64,000 nucleotides of DNA from IMG/VR virus record IMGVR_UViG_3300025141_000020, positions 1 to 64,000 of that record; one strand, given 5' to 3'. Every line of letters begins with the position of its first letter. Within the stretch, counting starts at the first letter, position 1. Below, piece after piece: positions 7,683-17,199 of this stretch. Made by a program: the position numbers and the translations under genes. Below the pieces are notes generated by a model, which saw only the letters and a list, made by a program, of their open reading frames with translations, ran no database searches and had not been told where the DNA came from.

Positions 7683-9616
7683 AAAGAAAAAAATTAATAT
7701 TATCTAAAAGTAGTCTTATAGATTTAATATGTGAGACGGTACTAGAAGTCTCTAATATTAATGAGGGAGGAGATACAGACACAGTTATGCCGACACGTAA
7801 ATCTCTTGGATTAGGTGGTAAAACAGCTTTAGATAGTAAGACATCTTCTTTTGTAAAAGCACAAAAAGATTCTAGTGAACACATTGGACATACAGATTAT
7901 GGATATAGTCCACACGCAGGGTGGAAACAGTTTTGGGCTGATTGGCAAAATGACGATTTCTATATCGGCGATAAGCATAGTCAGTATTGTCATAGCTGTG
8001 GACTCGGTTATCACGGATATGCCGAGGGAAATATAGATGAAGACGCGAAATTTAGTTATATACAATCTGGAACTGGTGATTTAGTTGCTGATGCAAATGA
8101 TATACAAAGCTATTTAAAAAACGAAGTGGGTGACAAATACAAGAACCTCGGAACAGATGGTACTTTTGGTGATGAAACAGCAAAAGCTGTAGGTGCTTAC
8201 TTAGGGTACCCGAATATTACATCAAAGGTGAAATTATTAGAATACCTTGCACCTAAATACCCAGATGAATTTGGGACAAAAGGTAAATCTGGTTATGGAA
8301 TTGGTGGTAAATCACAAGGAATAATAGCAGACCTATTGTCTGCAAAATGTGTAAAGGATTTGAGGGAGTGTATGGACAAATCTGATTTTGCAACAAAACA
8401 CGGTAAGACAAGAGAAGAATTTGCAGATATGTTTTGGAAGGCAGCTGTTAAAGCTAGAACAGAGGCTATAGATTGGATTATAGAGTTTTATAGTGACAAA
8501 AACCCAGATAATTTCAATAAACTTATTCCGGAAGATGAGCAGTTTAAAAATTTCTATTCTCTTTGGACTCTAAAAGACATAGTTGCCGCTATGCAAAATA
8601 ACCAGGATTTAGGTTTATCGAAATATGAGCTGCAGGGTTTAAATTACTTGAGGATGGACGTTTATAGTAAACTGCGTAATAAATTAGAAGAGATGAAGGG
8701 AGAGGAGAAGTATGAAACAGACTTAGACTACGGTGTATTTTCTAAATCACTTAGAATATTCTTTTGTTGTGAAGGGGATTTTTTTGCTTGGGTTAACGAT
8801 TCCCAATCTCTGTATCGATATAATGTAAATTTATATACTTTTCTTAACCCGAGTGAAGAGGGTTGGGAACATGACATGTTTAGTTCAACCTTACATGAAT
8901 TAGGACATATTGTAGATAATATTCTTTTGAAAGACCTGGGGGTAAAACCCTATCCGGGAGATATATATCAGGATGAAGATAAAACGACAGACTACTTGAA
9001 CCCTCCTCCTAAAGATAAGGATAAGAGAGGCCCTTATGTCACTAGAAAATCTGAGCTTTATGCGAGAATGTTTAATCTTAGACATTATTTTGATGTAAAG
9101 TCCACTATAAGTGGTGAAGCATGGGCTCAAGCATGGATGAAGAAGGTTAATAAGGGTGATATAATTTGGAATCCAGAAAAGACATTTGATGACCTTCCTG
9201 TACCTGAGTTTGGAATTTCTAAAGTTGGTGATAAGGTCTATTTGGAATTAACCTTTGAGCTTGTGTGTCGTCTATGGAGTGGTAAACGGTGGCAGAAGAT
9301 ATGTAGGGACCCTGAAAAATGGACGTATGGTGATATATGGGATTTTACTACATTTATAAAATATAAGATAGGTGATAAGGAGACATTTTCTACTGAACAT
9401 GGACTGGGAGCGTTACTAGCTACTTTTACTTTTGACCCTAACAAATTTGAAGTTGATAATAAAGACCCAGATGTTTTCTGGATTGTCTTTGATTTTAATA
9501 AGATTGCAGAAGCTAATAGATTATACGTAATGATGGACCCAAATGAGTTGGTGACTGATTCAGAGGAGTTTGCTGCCTTGGAAAATCTATATGACGGACT
9601 TCCAAAACCAAGTTAA
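7679..9616 (+). CDS. Peptidoglycan-binding-domain + HExxH zinc metalloprotease (645 aa)
   Basis: PGBD-like IQSYL...DGTFGDETAKAV; zincin LHELGH with downstream SELYAR; leader LILSKSSLIDLICETVLE. Confidence 0.65.
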   Translation: MKRKKLILSKSSLIDLICETVLEVSNINEGGDTDTVMPTRKSLGLGGKTALDSKTSSFVKAQKDSSEHIGHTDYGYSPHAGWKQFWADWQNDDFYIGDKHSQYCHSCGLGYHGYAEGNIDEDAKFSYIQSGTGDLVADANDIQSYLKNEVGDKYKNLGTDGTFGDETAKAVGAYLGYPNITSKVKLLEYLAPKYPDEFGTKGKSGYGIGGKSQGIIADLLSAKCVKDLRECMDKSDFATKHGKTREEFADMFWKAAVKARTEAIDWIIEFYSDKNPDNFNKLIPEDEQFKNFYSLWTLKDIVAAMQNNQDLGLSKYELQGLNYLRMDVYSKLRNKLEEMKGEEKYETDLDYGVFSKSLRIFFCCEGDFFAWVNDSQSLYRYNVNLYTFLNPSEEGWEHDMFSSTLHELGHIVDNILLKDLGVKPYPGDIYQDEDKTTDYLNPPPKDKDKRGPYVTRKSELYARMFNLRHYFDVKSTISGEAWAQAWMKKVNKGDIIWNPEKTFDDLPVPEFGISKVGDKVYLELTFELVCRLWSGKRWQKICRDPEKWTYGDIWDFTTFIKYKIGDKETFSTEHGLGALLATFTFDPNKFEVDNKDPDVFWIVFDFNKIAEANRLYVMMDPNELVTDSEEFAALENLYDGLPKPS

Positions 9617-9759
9617 TCCGTTAAACGAATAAAAAAATATAATTTTACCATTCACAGGATTATATACACCTTTCATCTAATTATATTTGATTTACTATTT
9701 TAATGTTATTATTGTTACCATGTAAATAAATTTATTAATAACCTAAAAAAAAAAGAAAA

Positions 9760-9918
9760 ATGAAAAAATTAACGTATTTAACACTAATGGGATTAACATG
9801 TATTTTAGTAGCGTGTGGAGGTGATACAGAGACTGAAGTTATTGAAGAAACACCTTGTACTTCGGACACAACAGCTGTAGAAGTAATTGAAACGCCAACG
9901 GACACAGTTGTAGAATAG
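9760..9918 (+). CDS. Small acidic lipoprotein (52 aa, not in ORF track)
   Basis: MKKLTYLTLMGLTCILVA-CGGDTETEVIEETPC...; lipobox LVAC; own promoter TTGATT-N17-TATTGT (9687-9715) and terminator. Confidence 0.8.
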   Translation: MKKLTYLTLMGLTCILVACGGDTETEVIEETPCTSDTTAVEVIETPTDTVVE

Positions 9919-9941
9919 TAAATCTCATATTGTCTAAAAAT

Positions 9942-9967
9942 AAAAGGTCCTTCGGGACCTTTTTTTA
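9942..9967. terminator. Bidirectional intrinsic terminator with a UUCG tetraloop
   Basis: AAAAGGTCC-TTCG-GGACCTTTTTTT between convergent genes. Confidence 0.9.
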
Positions 9968-9988
9968 TATGGAGTTATTGCGTGTAAT

Positions 9989-11428
9989 CTAACTACCAAT
10001 TTTCTCTTTGATGGTATTAACTAGTTCTTTTTGTACCCATTTAACAAACTCAACATACCTTGTAGGTTTACTGTCCGCTTTTTTCTTCCATGTGCCTTCT
10101 GGGTTTCTAGTGGCTCTACTAAAGAAGTTTAGTCCACTTATATTGGTTATGCATTTATGCCCACCACTATTAGCTTGTATAACGTCCCAAGCTGGCACTG
10201 TTATTTTATCTAATACTATTTTTTGTTTTTCACTTAAATTATCCCAAGGGGTATCAATAATATCAATTGCCATGTTATAGTATTGTGAACCCTCTTTTGG
10301 CATATTTTGTAGGTGGTCTTTGTATAACGCGAATAAATCTGAAGTTTTAAAGCCAATACTATCATCTTGTGCTTTTGTTTCACCAACTCTCTTAATTACT
10401 GAAATAGGTATCATATGTGCTTTTAATTGTGGTTCTATTTTTTTAAGTACTTCTTGAGCTATATCTCCTAAGTTAACACCTTTAAGAGCTCTATCCTTTT
10501 TAAATGGATTGCACGAAGCTTGTACTAACCCCATTGGCCAAGCAACTACGAAGAAATCAGCTTCTGGGTATATTTTAAATGGTGTGTATCTATCATAAGA
10601 ACCCGGTTTAAATAATGCACCACCACCATATTGTACTATTATATTACCATCTAAAGTTAAATTATCACTTTCTTGTTGGGATTTGATGTATTCGGCTTGG
10701 TTTTGTGCCATATCTTCAGGTGAAGCAAATCCTTTTTCTTTTGCATATGAAGTTATATTTTGGTATATGTTTAGTAGGGATGGGGTAGAGTTCATTACCA
10801 GATTTTCTAAGAACCCAGGTTTATTTTTATAAGCTAATAATAACTTATTAGTTAAAAGACCTAACATCCATTTCTTTTCATATGCTTGGTCACCTTTTTC
10901 AAAATCCCTAATTAAGTTCATTACTTGTTCTGGTTCAATATCGTGTTTTGCGTAGTCTGCAGAATCTACGGTATTAATCATCATAATATCTTCATTACTA
11001 AAAATATCACTAGGACTTATGGTTTGTGAGATGGTTTCTACGTTTGACCTTGCTCCTTTAAATTGTGTTGCGGTGTCATCTTCAACACCTGCTTGTGAGT
11101 CATGGTGGTCTGTATGTATCTTAAAGATTGGTTTGCCGTGTGCAAAATCTACAAGTACCGGCATTACATCACCGCTTGCGTCTGGTTTTTTAACAGAAAA
11201 TTCTTTATCCCCATATTGTATAACATGTGAACCTATAACATCAATCCCATAGCTTTCAAGATAATTTTTCATTCCTAATGCTGATACTACTCCGTCTAGG
11301 TCTTGGTGAAAGTATATCTCTGCTTTTGGATATCTGTCTGCTAATTTGTTAATATCCCTAATCCCACCTTCATTTAAAAGTGACCCATTAATATGGTCTA
11401 GTTGTTGTTCTGTTATCTCTATTTTCAT
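9989..11428 (-). CDS. DHH-family phosphoesterase with a capsid-targeting-like leader
   Basis: HQDLDG, VDF, TDHH and C-terminal SGGH (DHHA1) motifs; N-terminus MKIEITEQQLDHINGSLLNE; TATTTATA 4 nt before the ATG. Confidence 0.8.
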   Translation of the reverse strand: MKIEITEQQLDHINGSLLNEGGIRDINKLADRYPKAEIYFHQDLDGVVSALGMKNYLESYGIDVIGSHVIQYGDKEFSVKKPDASGDVMPVLVDFAHGKPIFKIHTDHHDSQAGVEDDTATQFKGARSNVETISQTISPSDIFSNEDIMMINTVDSADYAKHDIEPEQVMNLIRDFEKGDQAYEKKWMLGLLTNKLLLAYKNKPGFLENLVMNSTPSLLNIYQNITSYAKEKGFASPEDMAQNQAEYIKSQQESDNLTLDGNIIVQYGGGALFKPGSYDRYTPFKIYPEADFFVVAWPMGLVQASCNPFKKDRALKGVNLGDIAQEVLKKIEPQLKAHMIPISVIKRVGETKAQDDSIGFKTSDLFALYKDHLQNMPKEGSQYYNMAIDIIDTPWDNLSEKQKIVLDKITVPAWDVIQANSGGHKCITNISGLNFFSRATRNPEGTWKKKADSKPTRYVEFVKWVQKELVNTIKEKIGS

Positions 11429-11442
11429 ATACTATAAATACT

Positions 11443-12006
11443 TTACAATCCTTCTATAAATTTTTGATGCTCTAACTCCCTTCTTTTAGCTAGTCCAGGA
11501 AATTTACTACTAACTCTATAAGTTTTAATTGCTTCCCCTGCTTTTTTATATTCATTAGTATCTAATGTGCCTATACTTTTTAATAGGGATATTACATCAG
11601 CCATTCTTAATCCTGAAGCACCACCATTATAGGATAAAGATAATAAAGCGTCGTACATATTTTGAGTTATTGGTACGTATATTCCTTGGTCCTCCCAATC
11701 CTTAAAAATTTTTCTTAGTCTCTTTGCGTGATAGTTAGAATCTTCTTGTAATTTCTCAGTGGCTTCCTTCTCACAATTTGTACCATCCCCTAATATATCA
11801 CCTTCTTTAACCCCCTCTGTATGTCCATATCCTATTGTCCATTTACCATCACCAATACTATATGCTTTACATTTTAAACCTTCCTCTTTTCTTATATGAC
11901 TCCAATACCATTGTGAAGCTTTTAAACTAGAAGCTCTCATAAAGTTAGAATTATCTAATTGTTCTGAAATTAGTTTAACTTGGTTTTCTGTAATTACTAT
12001 ACGCAT
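11443..12006 (-). CDS. GH24 phage lysozyme (start probably 12006)
   Basis: EEGLKCKAYSIGDGKWTIGYGHT (E-D-T catalytic arrangement), YDALLSLSYNGG, GLAKRRELE; leader MRIVITENQVKLISEQ. Confidence 0.9.
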   Translation of the reverse strand: MRIVITENQVKLISEQLDNSNFMRASSLKASQWYWSHIRKEEGLKCKAYSIGDGKWTIGYGHTEGVKEGDILGDGTNCEKEATEKLQEDSNYHAKRLRKIFKDWEDQGIYVPITQNMYDALLSLSYNGGASGLRMADVISLLKSIGTLDTNEYKKAGEAIKTYRVSSKFPGLAKRRELEHQKFIEGL

Positions 12007-12067
12007 AAAAAAGTCGTTTACAATAAATACAATCATAAACGACTTACTACATAAAGTAGTTATTTAT

Positions 12068-12967
12068 CTACATACAACTAAAATACCTCTCTCCCCTATC
12101 ACAAAGAATAGTAACCGCATTATTTTTATTGTTATCTCTTAGCCATTGAAATGCTGCGAATATATTAGCTGCAGCACTTATACCTACAAACAACCCGTAT
12201 TTTTTTGCTAAGTGTCTTGCACATTTTTTTGCACATGCTGTAGACACTGTTCTAACCTCATCTACCTTATCTAGGTCCACGAGGAATTTACTACCGTCTC
12301 CTATCCCTTGGATACCGTGAAGTCCTGGTTCACCACCACTCATAACAGCACTCTCTGTTGGCTCTATTGCTACTGTCTTTATGGTAGGCCACATTTCTTT
12401 TAAAAACTTATCGGTACCCATAAGGGTACCACCAGTTCCTGTTCCAGCCACAAAGACGTCTGGTGTACACTCTCTTATTTCATTAGCATCTTTAAATTGG
12501 TTGTATATTTCTGGACCTGTGCCCATATAATGTGCTTCTATATTTAACGGGTTGTGGAATTGGTTGCAATTAAACCAACCATTTTTATTACATATGTCAT
12601 CTCTTAAAGCTATTGCTCCATCAAAGTCTCCTTCTTCAACCTCAATTAATTCTGCACCATAAAACCTAAACATATTTTTCCTTTCTTCAGACATATTAGA
12701 TGGCATGATAATAACCATTTTATAACCTCTTTCCGCGGCTAACATTGCAAATGAGATACCACTATTACCTGATGTCGCTTCACATAGGGTATCACCTCGT
12801 TCTATTAGTTTTAATTTCTCTGCATTATTAATAATAAAGCTTGCCATTCTATCTTTAACAGAACCACTAGGATTCATAAATTCAGATTTGCCCCAAACGG
12901 TAAAATCCCCAATGGTAATGGGGATTAACGGGGTGTTACCCACATAATCAGATAGTCTTTGTTTCAT
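12068..12967 (-). CDS. cysK: Cysteine synthase (O-acetylserine sulfhydrylase, PLP-dependent; auxiliary metabolic gene)
   Basis: GNTPL, NPSGSVKDR (PLP lysine), EATSGNSG, GTGTGGT, HGIQGIG, DRGERY. Confidence 0.92.
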   Translation of the reverse strand: MKQRLSDYVGNTPLIPITIGDFTVWGKSEFMNPSGSVKDRMASFIINNAEKLKLIERGDTLCEATSGNSGISFAMLAAERGYKMVIIMPSNMSEERKNMFRFYGAELIEVEEGDFDGAIALRDDICNKNGWFNCNQFHNPLNIEAHYMGTGPEIYNQFKDANEIRECTPDVFVAGTGTGGTLMGTDKFLKEMWPTIKTVAIEPTESAVMSGGEPGLHGIQGIGDGSKFLVDLDKVDEVRTVSTACAKKCARHLAKKYGLFVGISAAANIFAAFQWLRDNNKNNAVTILCDRGERYFSCM

Positions 12968-13395
12968 TAGTCTACTATTTCTACTGAAAATTTGTCTCCT
13001 TGTTGGATTTGTTCTACAATCTCTAATCCTTCTGTTACTTTACCAAAACATGTATGTTGTTTATCTAGGTGTTGTGTTCCTTGTCTACTATGACAAAGAA
13101 AGAATTGTGAGCCACCAGTATTTCTACCAGCATGAGCCATAGATAACACCCCTTTGTCGTGGTATTGGTTATCCCCGTCTAGCTCACAATCAATTTTATA
13201 TCCTGGACCACCCATTCCGTTTCCGTTAGGACACCCACCCTGTGCTACGAAATTAGGGATGACTCTATGGAAGTTAAGGTCTTTATAAAAACCATCTTTT
13301 GCTAATTTAACAAAATTATTTACTGTGTTTGGTGCGTCTTTCTCATAGAACTCTACCACCATAGTTCCTTTGTTTGTGTTAATTTTACCTTTCAT
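12967..13395 (-). CDS. Cyclophilin-type peptidyl-prolyl isomerase
   Basis: [39 protein letters not shown]. Confidence 0.95.
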   Translation of the reverse strand: MKGKINTNKGTMVVEFYEKDAPNTVNNFVKLAKDGFYKDLNFHRVIPNFVAQGGCPNGNGMGGPGYKIDCELDGDNQYHDKGVLSMAHAGRNTGGSQFFLCHSRQGTQHLDKQHTCFGKVTEGLEIVEQIQQGDKFSVEIVD

Positions 13396-13663
13396 TTTTT
13401 AATTTTTTAATTTCTCTATTAATATACCAACTTGATTTTTCTAAGTCTTGTAACTTATTTCCTTTTTTATTTGCTCTTGCAATATATTTTACCGCGTTTC
13501 CTAAATTGAATCCTAAATCCCAACCCTCTATAACCTTAATAGCTTCATATGGGTTATCTTCACCACCATAATGATTTGGGTGGTCTACCATATCTTTTTT
13601 TCTATTTTCTTTAATATTAAACTCTATAATATCTTCTTGTGTTGGATATTTTCTTTTAGTCAT
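13385..13663 (-). CDS. DUF3310 (SaV-like) protein
   Basis: DMVDHPNHY...EAIKVIE...[15 protein letters not shown]...DLEKSSWY. Confidence 0.9.
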   Translation of the reverse strand: MTKRKYPTQEDIIEFNIKENRKKDMVDHPNHYGGEDNPYEAIKVIEGWDLGFNLGNAVKYIARANKKGNKLQDLEKSSWYINREIKKLKNER

Positions 13664-13664
13664 T

Positions 13665-14009
13665 TTATTTTTTTCTACCTATCATATCTTTAATTTTGGT
13701 ATATGGGGTGTCGGTTAAATCCTCATTACCATATTTACCATAAATGTATTCTTTTAAGGTATCAATATCAACCCTCTCTGAATCATAAATGCTTATTATT
13801 TTTCCTGAGGTTTCGTTTTCATTTGGAAAGACTAGTGTTGTGTATCCAGTTTCTTCTGTTATTTTTTTTATGAATTCTTTTAAATCCACTATTGCTCTAG
13901 TTGCCTGCTTAGACAGTTTTAGTATCATCACAGGTTTATAGTCCTCCAAAGCTAGTTCTTTAGCTATTTTTTTTACTGTTGTGTATTTATTCTCCATTAG
14001 TTCATGCAC
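13665..14009 (-). CDS. Hypothetical protein
   Basis: Operon-like tiling. Confidence 0.6.
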   Translation of the reverse strand: MHELMENKYTTVKKIAKELALEDYKPVMILKLSKQATRAIVDLKEFIKKITEETGYTTLVFPNENETSGKIISIYDSERVDIDTLKEYIYGKYGNEDLTDTPYTKIKDMIGRKK

Positions 14010-14299
14010 ATTGGAGGGAATCCTTTAATAATTGTTTTAAATATTTTCTTTTGTTCTACTGTTGGGTAATTTATATGGTTTTTTTGTTCTACCATAATTG
14101 CTGTTATAGTGGCCATTTGTTCTGCTGATAGCATAGGTTCTCCATCCATACCAACATTTTTTTCAGCTTGTTCCCTAACTAACTTAAAAAATTGTTCCAT
14201 ATCAACATCTAATCTAATAAACATATCTTTTCTTGCTTCTTCATCATTTTTAAAGAACTCTTTAAGTTGTCTTATGTAAATCTCTATATTAACGTCCAT
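13997..14299 (-). CDS. Hypothetical protein (start probably 14299)
   Basis: TATTTATG motif 3 nt before this ATG. Confidence 0.6.
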   Translation of the reverse strand: MDVNIEIYIRQLKEFFKNDEEARKDMFIRLDVDMEQFFKLVREQAEKNVGMDGEPMLSAEQMATITAIMVEQKNHINYPTVEQKKIFKTIIKGFPPMCMN

Positions 14300-14314
14300 A
14301 AACATAAATACCAC

Positions 14315-14425
14315 TTAAGAACTACTTTTATTTTTTTCTTTAGTTGGTGACGGGGGTTTATACCCATAGGTCTTCACCTGCCTTAATTCATTTAATGTTC
14401 TTTTTTTAATTATTTTTTTTCTCAT
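14315..14425 (-). CDS. Small basic peptide (36 aa, not in ORF track)
   Basis: MRKKIIKKRTLNELRQVKTYGYKPPSPTKKKNKSSS; fills the gap. Confidence 0.4.
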   Translation of the reverse strand: MRKKIIKKRTLNELRQVKTYGYKPPSPTKEKNKSSS

Positions 14426-14681
14426 TTTTTCTGTCATTTTTTATTAATTTTTCATTCTGTAATAAATATTTTTCTCTTTTAGTAAAATTATTTATCCTAT
14501 CTACCTTTTTAATCATAGTTTTTTCCATGGACATTATAGTTTTTTCCAAATTTAGAATTTGTCTCTCCACTTCTAATATAGTCTCTCTTTGTTCTCTACC
14601 CTTTTTCGCTTCCCAGATTAACCACCCAAAAGCTAATACTTCTAAAATGAATAATGCTATTAATAATGTGGTGTCTATCAT
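14406..14681 (-). CDS. Membrane-anchored coiled-coil protein
   Basis: N-terminal TM helix LLIALFILEVLAFGWLIW followed by a heptad pattern. Confidence 0.65.
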   Translation of the reverse strand: MIDTTLLIALFILEVLAFGWLIWEAKKGREQRETILEVERQILNLEKTIMSMEKTMIKKVDRINNFTKREKYLLQNEKLIKNDRKNEKKNN

Positions 14682-14682
14682 G

Positions 14683-15858
14683 TTATCTTCCTACCTCTTT
14701 TATATATTTATCTTGTGTGTCTTCCCACGATAAATCAATTACATCCCAATAAAATAATTGTTCTGGTTTAATTCTATCTTGGTCACACATATTTTTATAT
14801 CTTCTTATTGCTTTTTTCTTCCACCATTTTTCTGTATAAGGTATGTCGTCTTTGAATTTCTTTTTTAATTTTAAGTCTTCTTCTATTATTTCATTTCTTA
14901 GAAACTCACAGCCGTTATCATACATCATTGCAAGATAGACCCCTCTCTTGAACCCGTGGTCATAATCTGAACCCTTTATACCACAATGTTTAAAAACCTT
15001 GTTAATTATGTTCTGTTTAGGTCCTGTAGCGCTTATAGCTTTCTTATGTTCTTCTGGGTGATTATCTTTCAACCATTTATTCCAAGGTAAATATGCACTA
15101 TCATCTGGTTTTAACCTAACCTTACCGGATGTTTCACCCATTGTTTTGAAGTGCGGCATTCCATTGTACATTGAATTTATACCATATAGTGATGTTGTTC
15201 CTACAGCTATTAGTTTGTCTCCGTATTTTTCTTCCCAAGCATCTCTAATAGTCTTACAAGTAGTTAGTGCTGCTATTAATTTGCCCATTAACATATTATA
15301 CCCACCTGGTTGAGTGGAGCATATAGTTGTGGCTATAGCTGTATTATTTAGTTTGTGTTGGTCGAACTTATTGGTTTTATCCCAACCTATGTAAGCGTCT
15401 CTAACTTTAATACTTGTAACGTCAGACCCCAAACAAATCAAACCAAGGACTTTCTCTGTTTTCCTATCTCTAACCCAGAATTTCATATTACGTCCAGGAT
15501 TTGCAACCCATTCCATTGTATGGATAAGCTTACGATAGTTTACCCATTCAGTAACTCCCTTTCCTGGTTCTGCTATTTCAACATAAGGTTCTAAGTCTTC
15601 AATTTGTTTTATAGTCTTTTCTAAATTATCTAAATCTGATGGTAACCATAGATTATATCTGTACGTGTATAATTTTTTCTTTATCTTAGACATCTTACCA
15701 CCCTTATTCATTTCTTGCCACTTTTTATAAAGTGTTTGTTCTTCTACTGACATTTCTTTAAGCATGTCTAAATTATCGATTAGTTTTTGTTTCGTCTCCT
15801 CGAAATTAAAAGTGTATTCTGACTCTATAATATCAAATATTGTTGTTTGTTCTCCCAT
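14683..15858 (-). CDS. DUF4338 / Druantia DruA-like protein
   Basis: PGRNMKFWVRD...LGLICLGSDV.SI.VRD.YIGW...GYNMLMGKLIA...TTSLYG..SMYN...GETSG. Confidence 0.8.
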   Translation of the reverse strand: MGEQTTIFDIIESEYTFNFEETKQKLIDNLDMLKEMSVEEQTLYKKWQEMNKGGKMSKIKKKLYTYRYNLWLPSDLDNLEKTIKQIEDLEPYVEIAEPGKGVTEWVNYRKLIHTMEWVANPGRNMKFWVRDRKTEKVLGLICLGSDVTSIKVRDAYIGWDKTNKFDQHKLNNTAIATTICSTQPGGYNMLMGKLIAALTTCKTIRDAWEEKYGDKLIAVGTTSLYGINSMYNGMPHFKTMGETSGKVRLKPDDSAYLPWNKWLKDNHPEEHKKAISATGPKQNIINKVFKHCGIKGSDYDHGFKRGVYLAMMYDNGCEFLRNEIIEEDLKLKKKFKDDIPYTEKWWKKKAIRRYKNMCDQDRIKPEQLFYWDVIDLSWEDTQDKYIKEVGR

Positions 15859-15864
15859 AGGATA

Positions 15865-15893
15865 ATAGTAAGGTATTTTAATTGTTATTTCAA
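15865..15893 (-). promoter_or_regulatory. Class I promoter TTGAAA-N17-TACTAT
   Basis: Read directly; 6 nt before the ATG of the DUF4338 gene. Confidence 0.65.
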
Positions 15894-15941
15894 GTTTTGT
15901 TGACTTGTTAAAACTAGATATTTATGTTTAAATAAAAAATT

Positions 15942-16190
15942 ATGGCTTGTACTAATTGTAAAAAGAACGCTAAGACTAAAACAGATAACTTAAAAGTTGG
16001 CGCTGAGTCTATTTTAAATTCATTGGATTCCTCGTTGGAAGAACAGAAACTTAAATTAGCTGAAAAATTGTTAGATGGTTCAACTAGTGTATTAAATAAT
16101 CTGGAGAAGGTTGCTGTAACTATTTTTGGGTGGATTCCTTTAGCCGTTGGTTATTATTATATAATTAAATTTATTATTTCTTTATTTTAA
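15942..16190 (+). CDS. Small CxxC protein with a C-terminal TM helix
   Basis: MACTNCKK...VAVTIFGWIPLAVGYYYIIKFIISLF; TATTTATG at 15919. Confidence 0.7.
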   Translation: MACTNCKKNAKTKTDNLKVGAESILNSLDSSLEEQKLKLAEKLLDGSTSVLNNLEKVAVTIFGWIPLAVGYYYIIKFIISLF

Positions 16191-17199
16191 AGTTTTCTCC
16201 TTCTGACAAACTTTCTAACATTCTTATTTCGTCACCATGTAACTCTTTAGGCATTATAATTTGGGGTTTAATCACCAGGTTGCCCGATTTTCCGTTTGGG
16301 GTTTTCATTCCTTTTCCGTTCACACTAAAATTTCTAGTTATATCGGATAGAGGTGGTACAGTTATTTTTATAGCTCTTTCAAAATGAGGTATTTCTATAG
16401 TCCCTCCAAGAATCATATCCATAATCGGTGTTTGTGGTTCATAAATTAAATCACTAGCTAATAATTTAAAGTGTGGGTGTCTATTTATAACGACCTCTAT
16501 TAGGAGGTCACCAGGATGTCCTTGGTAAATCTCGTCTCCACCACCTTTATAAATAAAAGTTTGTCCTGTTGATAGGTTGGATGGGATTGTAAAGTCTACT
16601 ACCCTATCTTGAGTTATACCTCCCTTTCCTTTACAGTTAGTACAAGGTTTAATAACAATTTTACCTCTCCCTGCACAACTATTACACTGGTGTCTTTGTA
16701 CTTGTCTAAAGAAAGCGTTTCCAGCAACCTTTTCTATATGTCCTGTCCCGTTACACGTACTACAATTAACACTTTCACCACCCGCTCCTACACAAGCAGC
16801 ACAGTTAACGTTTTTTCTATATTTTAACTTTTTTGAATGACTAAAGTACATATCTTCTAAGTCTACTCTTAGTGGTATATTTAAATTTCTACCTTTATTA
16901 ACCCTTTGTTGTCGTTTGCCTCTACCAAAAAATTGACCAAAAAGGTCTTCCATTTCTGGACCACCTCTGTGGTGACTTCTGTGGTGACCACCAAATGGGT
17001 TTTGTTCACCCATGTCATATCTTTGTTTTTTTTCTGGGTTACTTAAGGTATCGTAAGCTTCACTTACTTCTTTAAAAACCGTTTCATTACCGCCTTTATC
17101 TGGGTGATGTTGTTTAGAAAGCTTACGAAAAGCCTTTTTTATGTCATCTTGTGATGAATCTCTATTTATATTTAGAGTTTTATAGTAATCTTTAATCAT
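16174..17199 (-). CDS. dnaJ: DnaJ (Hsp40) chaperone
   Basis: J-domain HPD, four CxxCxGxG zinc repeats, C-terminal GDL motif. Confidence 0.95.
   Translation of the reverse strand: MIKDYYKTLNINRDSSQDDIKKAFRKLSKQHHPDKGGNETVFKEVSEAYDTLSNPEKKQRYDMGEQNPFGGHHRSHHRGGPEMEDLFGQFFGRGKRQQRVNKGRNLNIPLRVDLEDMYFSHSKKLKYRKNVNCAACVGAGGESVNCSTCNGTGHIEKVAGNAFFRQVQRHQCNSCAGRGKIVIKPCTNCKGKGGITQDRVVDFTIPSNLSTGQTFIYKGGGDEIYQGHPGDLLIEVVINRHPHFKLLASDLIYEPQTPIMDMILGGTIEIPHFERAIKITVPPLSDITRNFSVNGKGMKTPNGKSGNLVIKPQIIMPKELHGDEIRMLESLSEGENFKIKK

Noticed and set aside
14683-15858. Complete Druantia defence system
   Set aside because: Only the DruA-like domain is present; no DruE-type helicase nearby.
6159-17199. Bacterial chromosome segment (glnII, cysK, cyclophilin, dnaJ)
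   Set aside because: These genes are interleaved with phage-type genes (DUF3310, GH24 lysozyme, DUF4338) and lack their usual bacterial operon partners.
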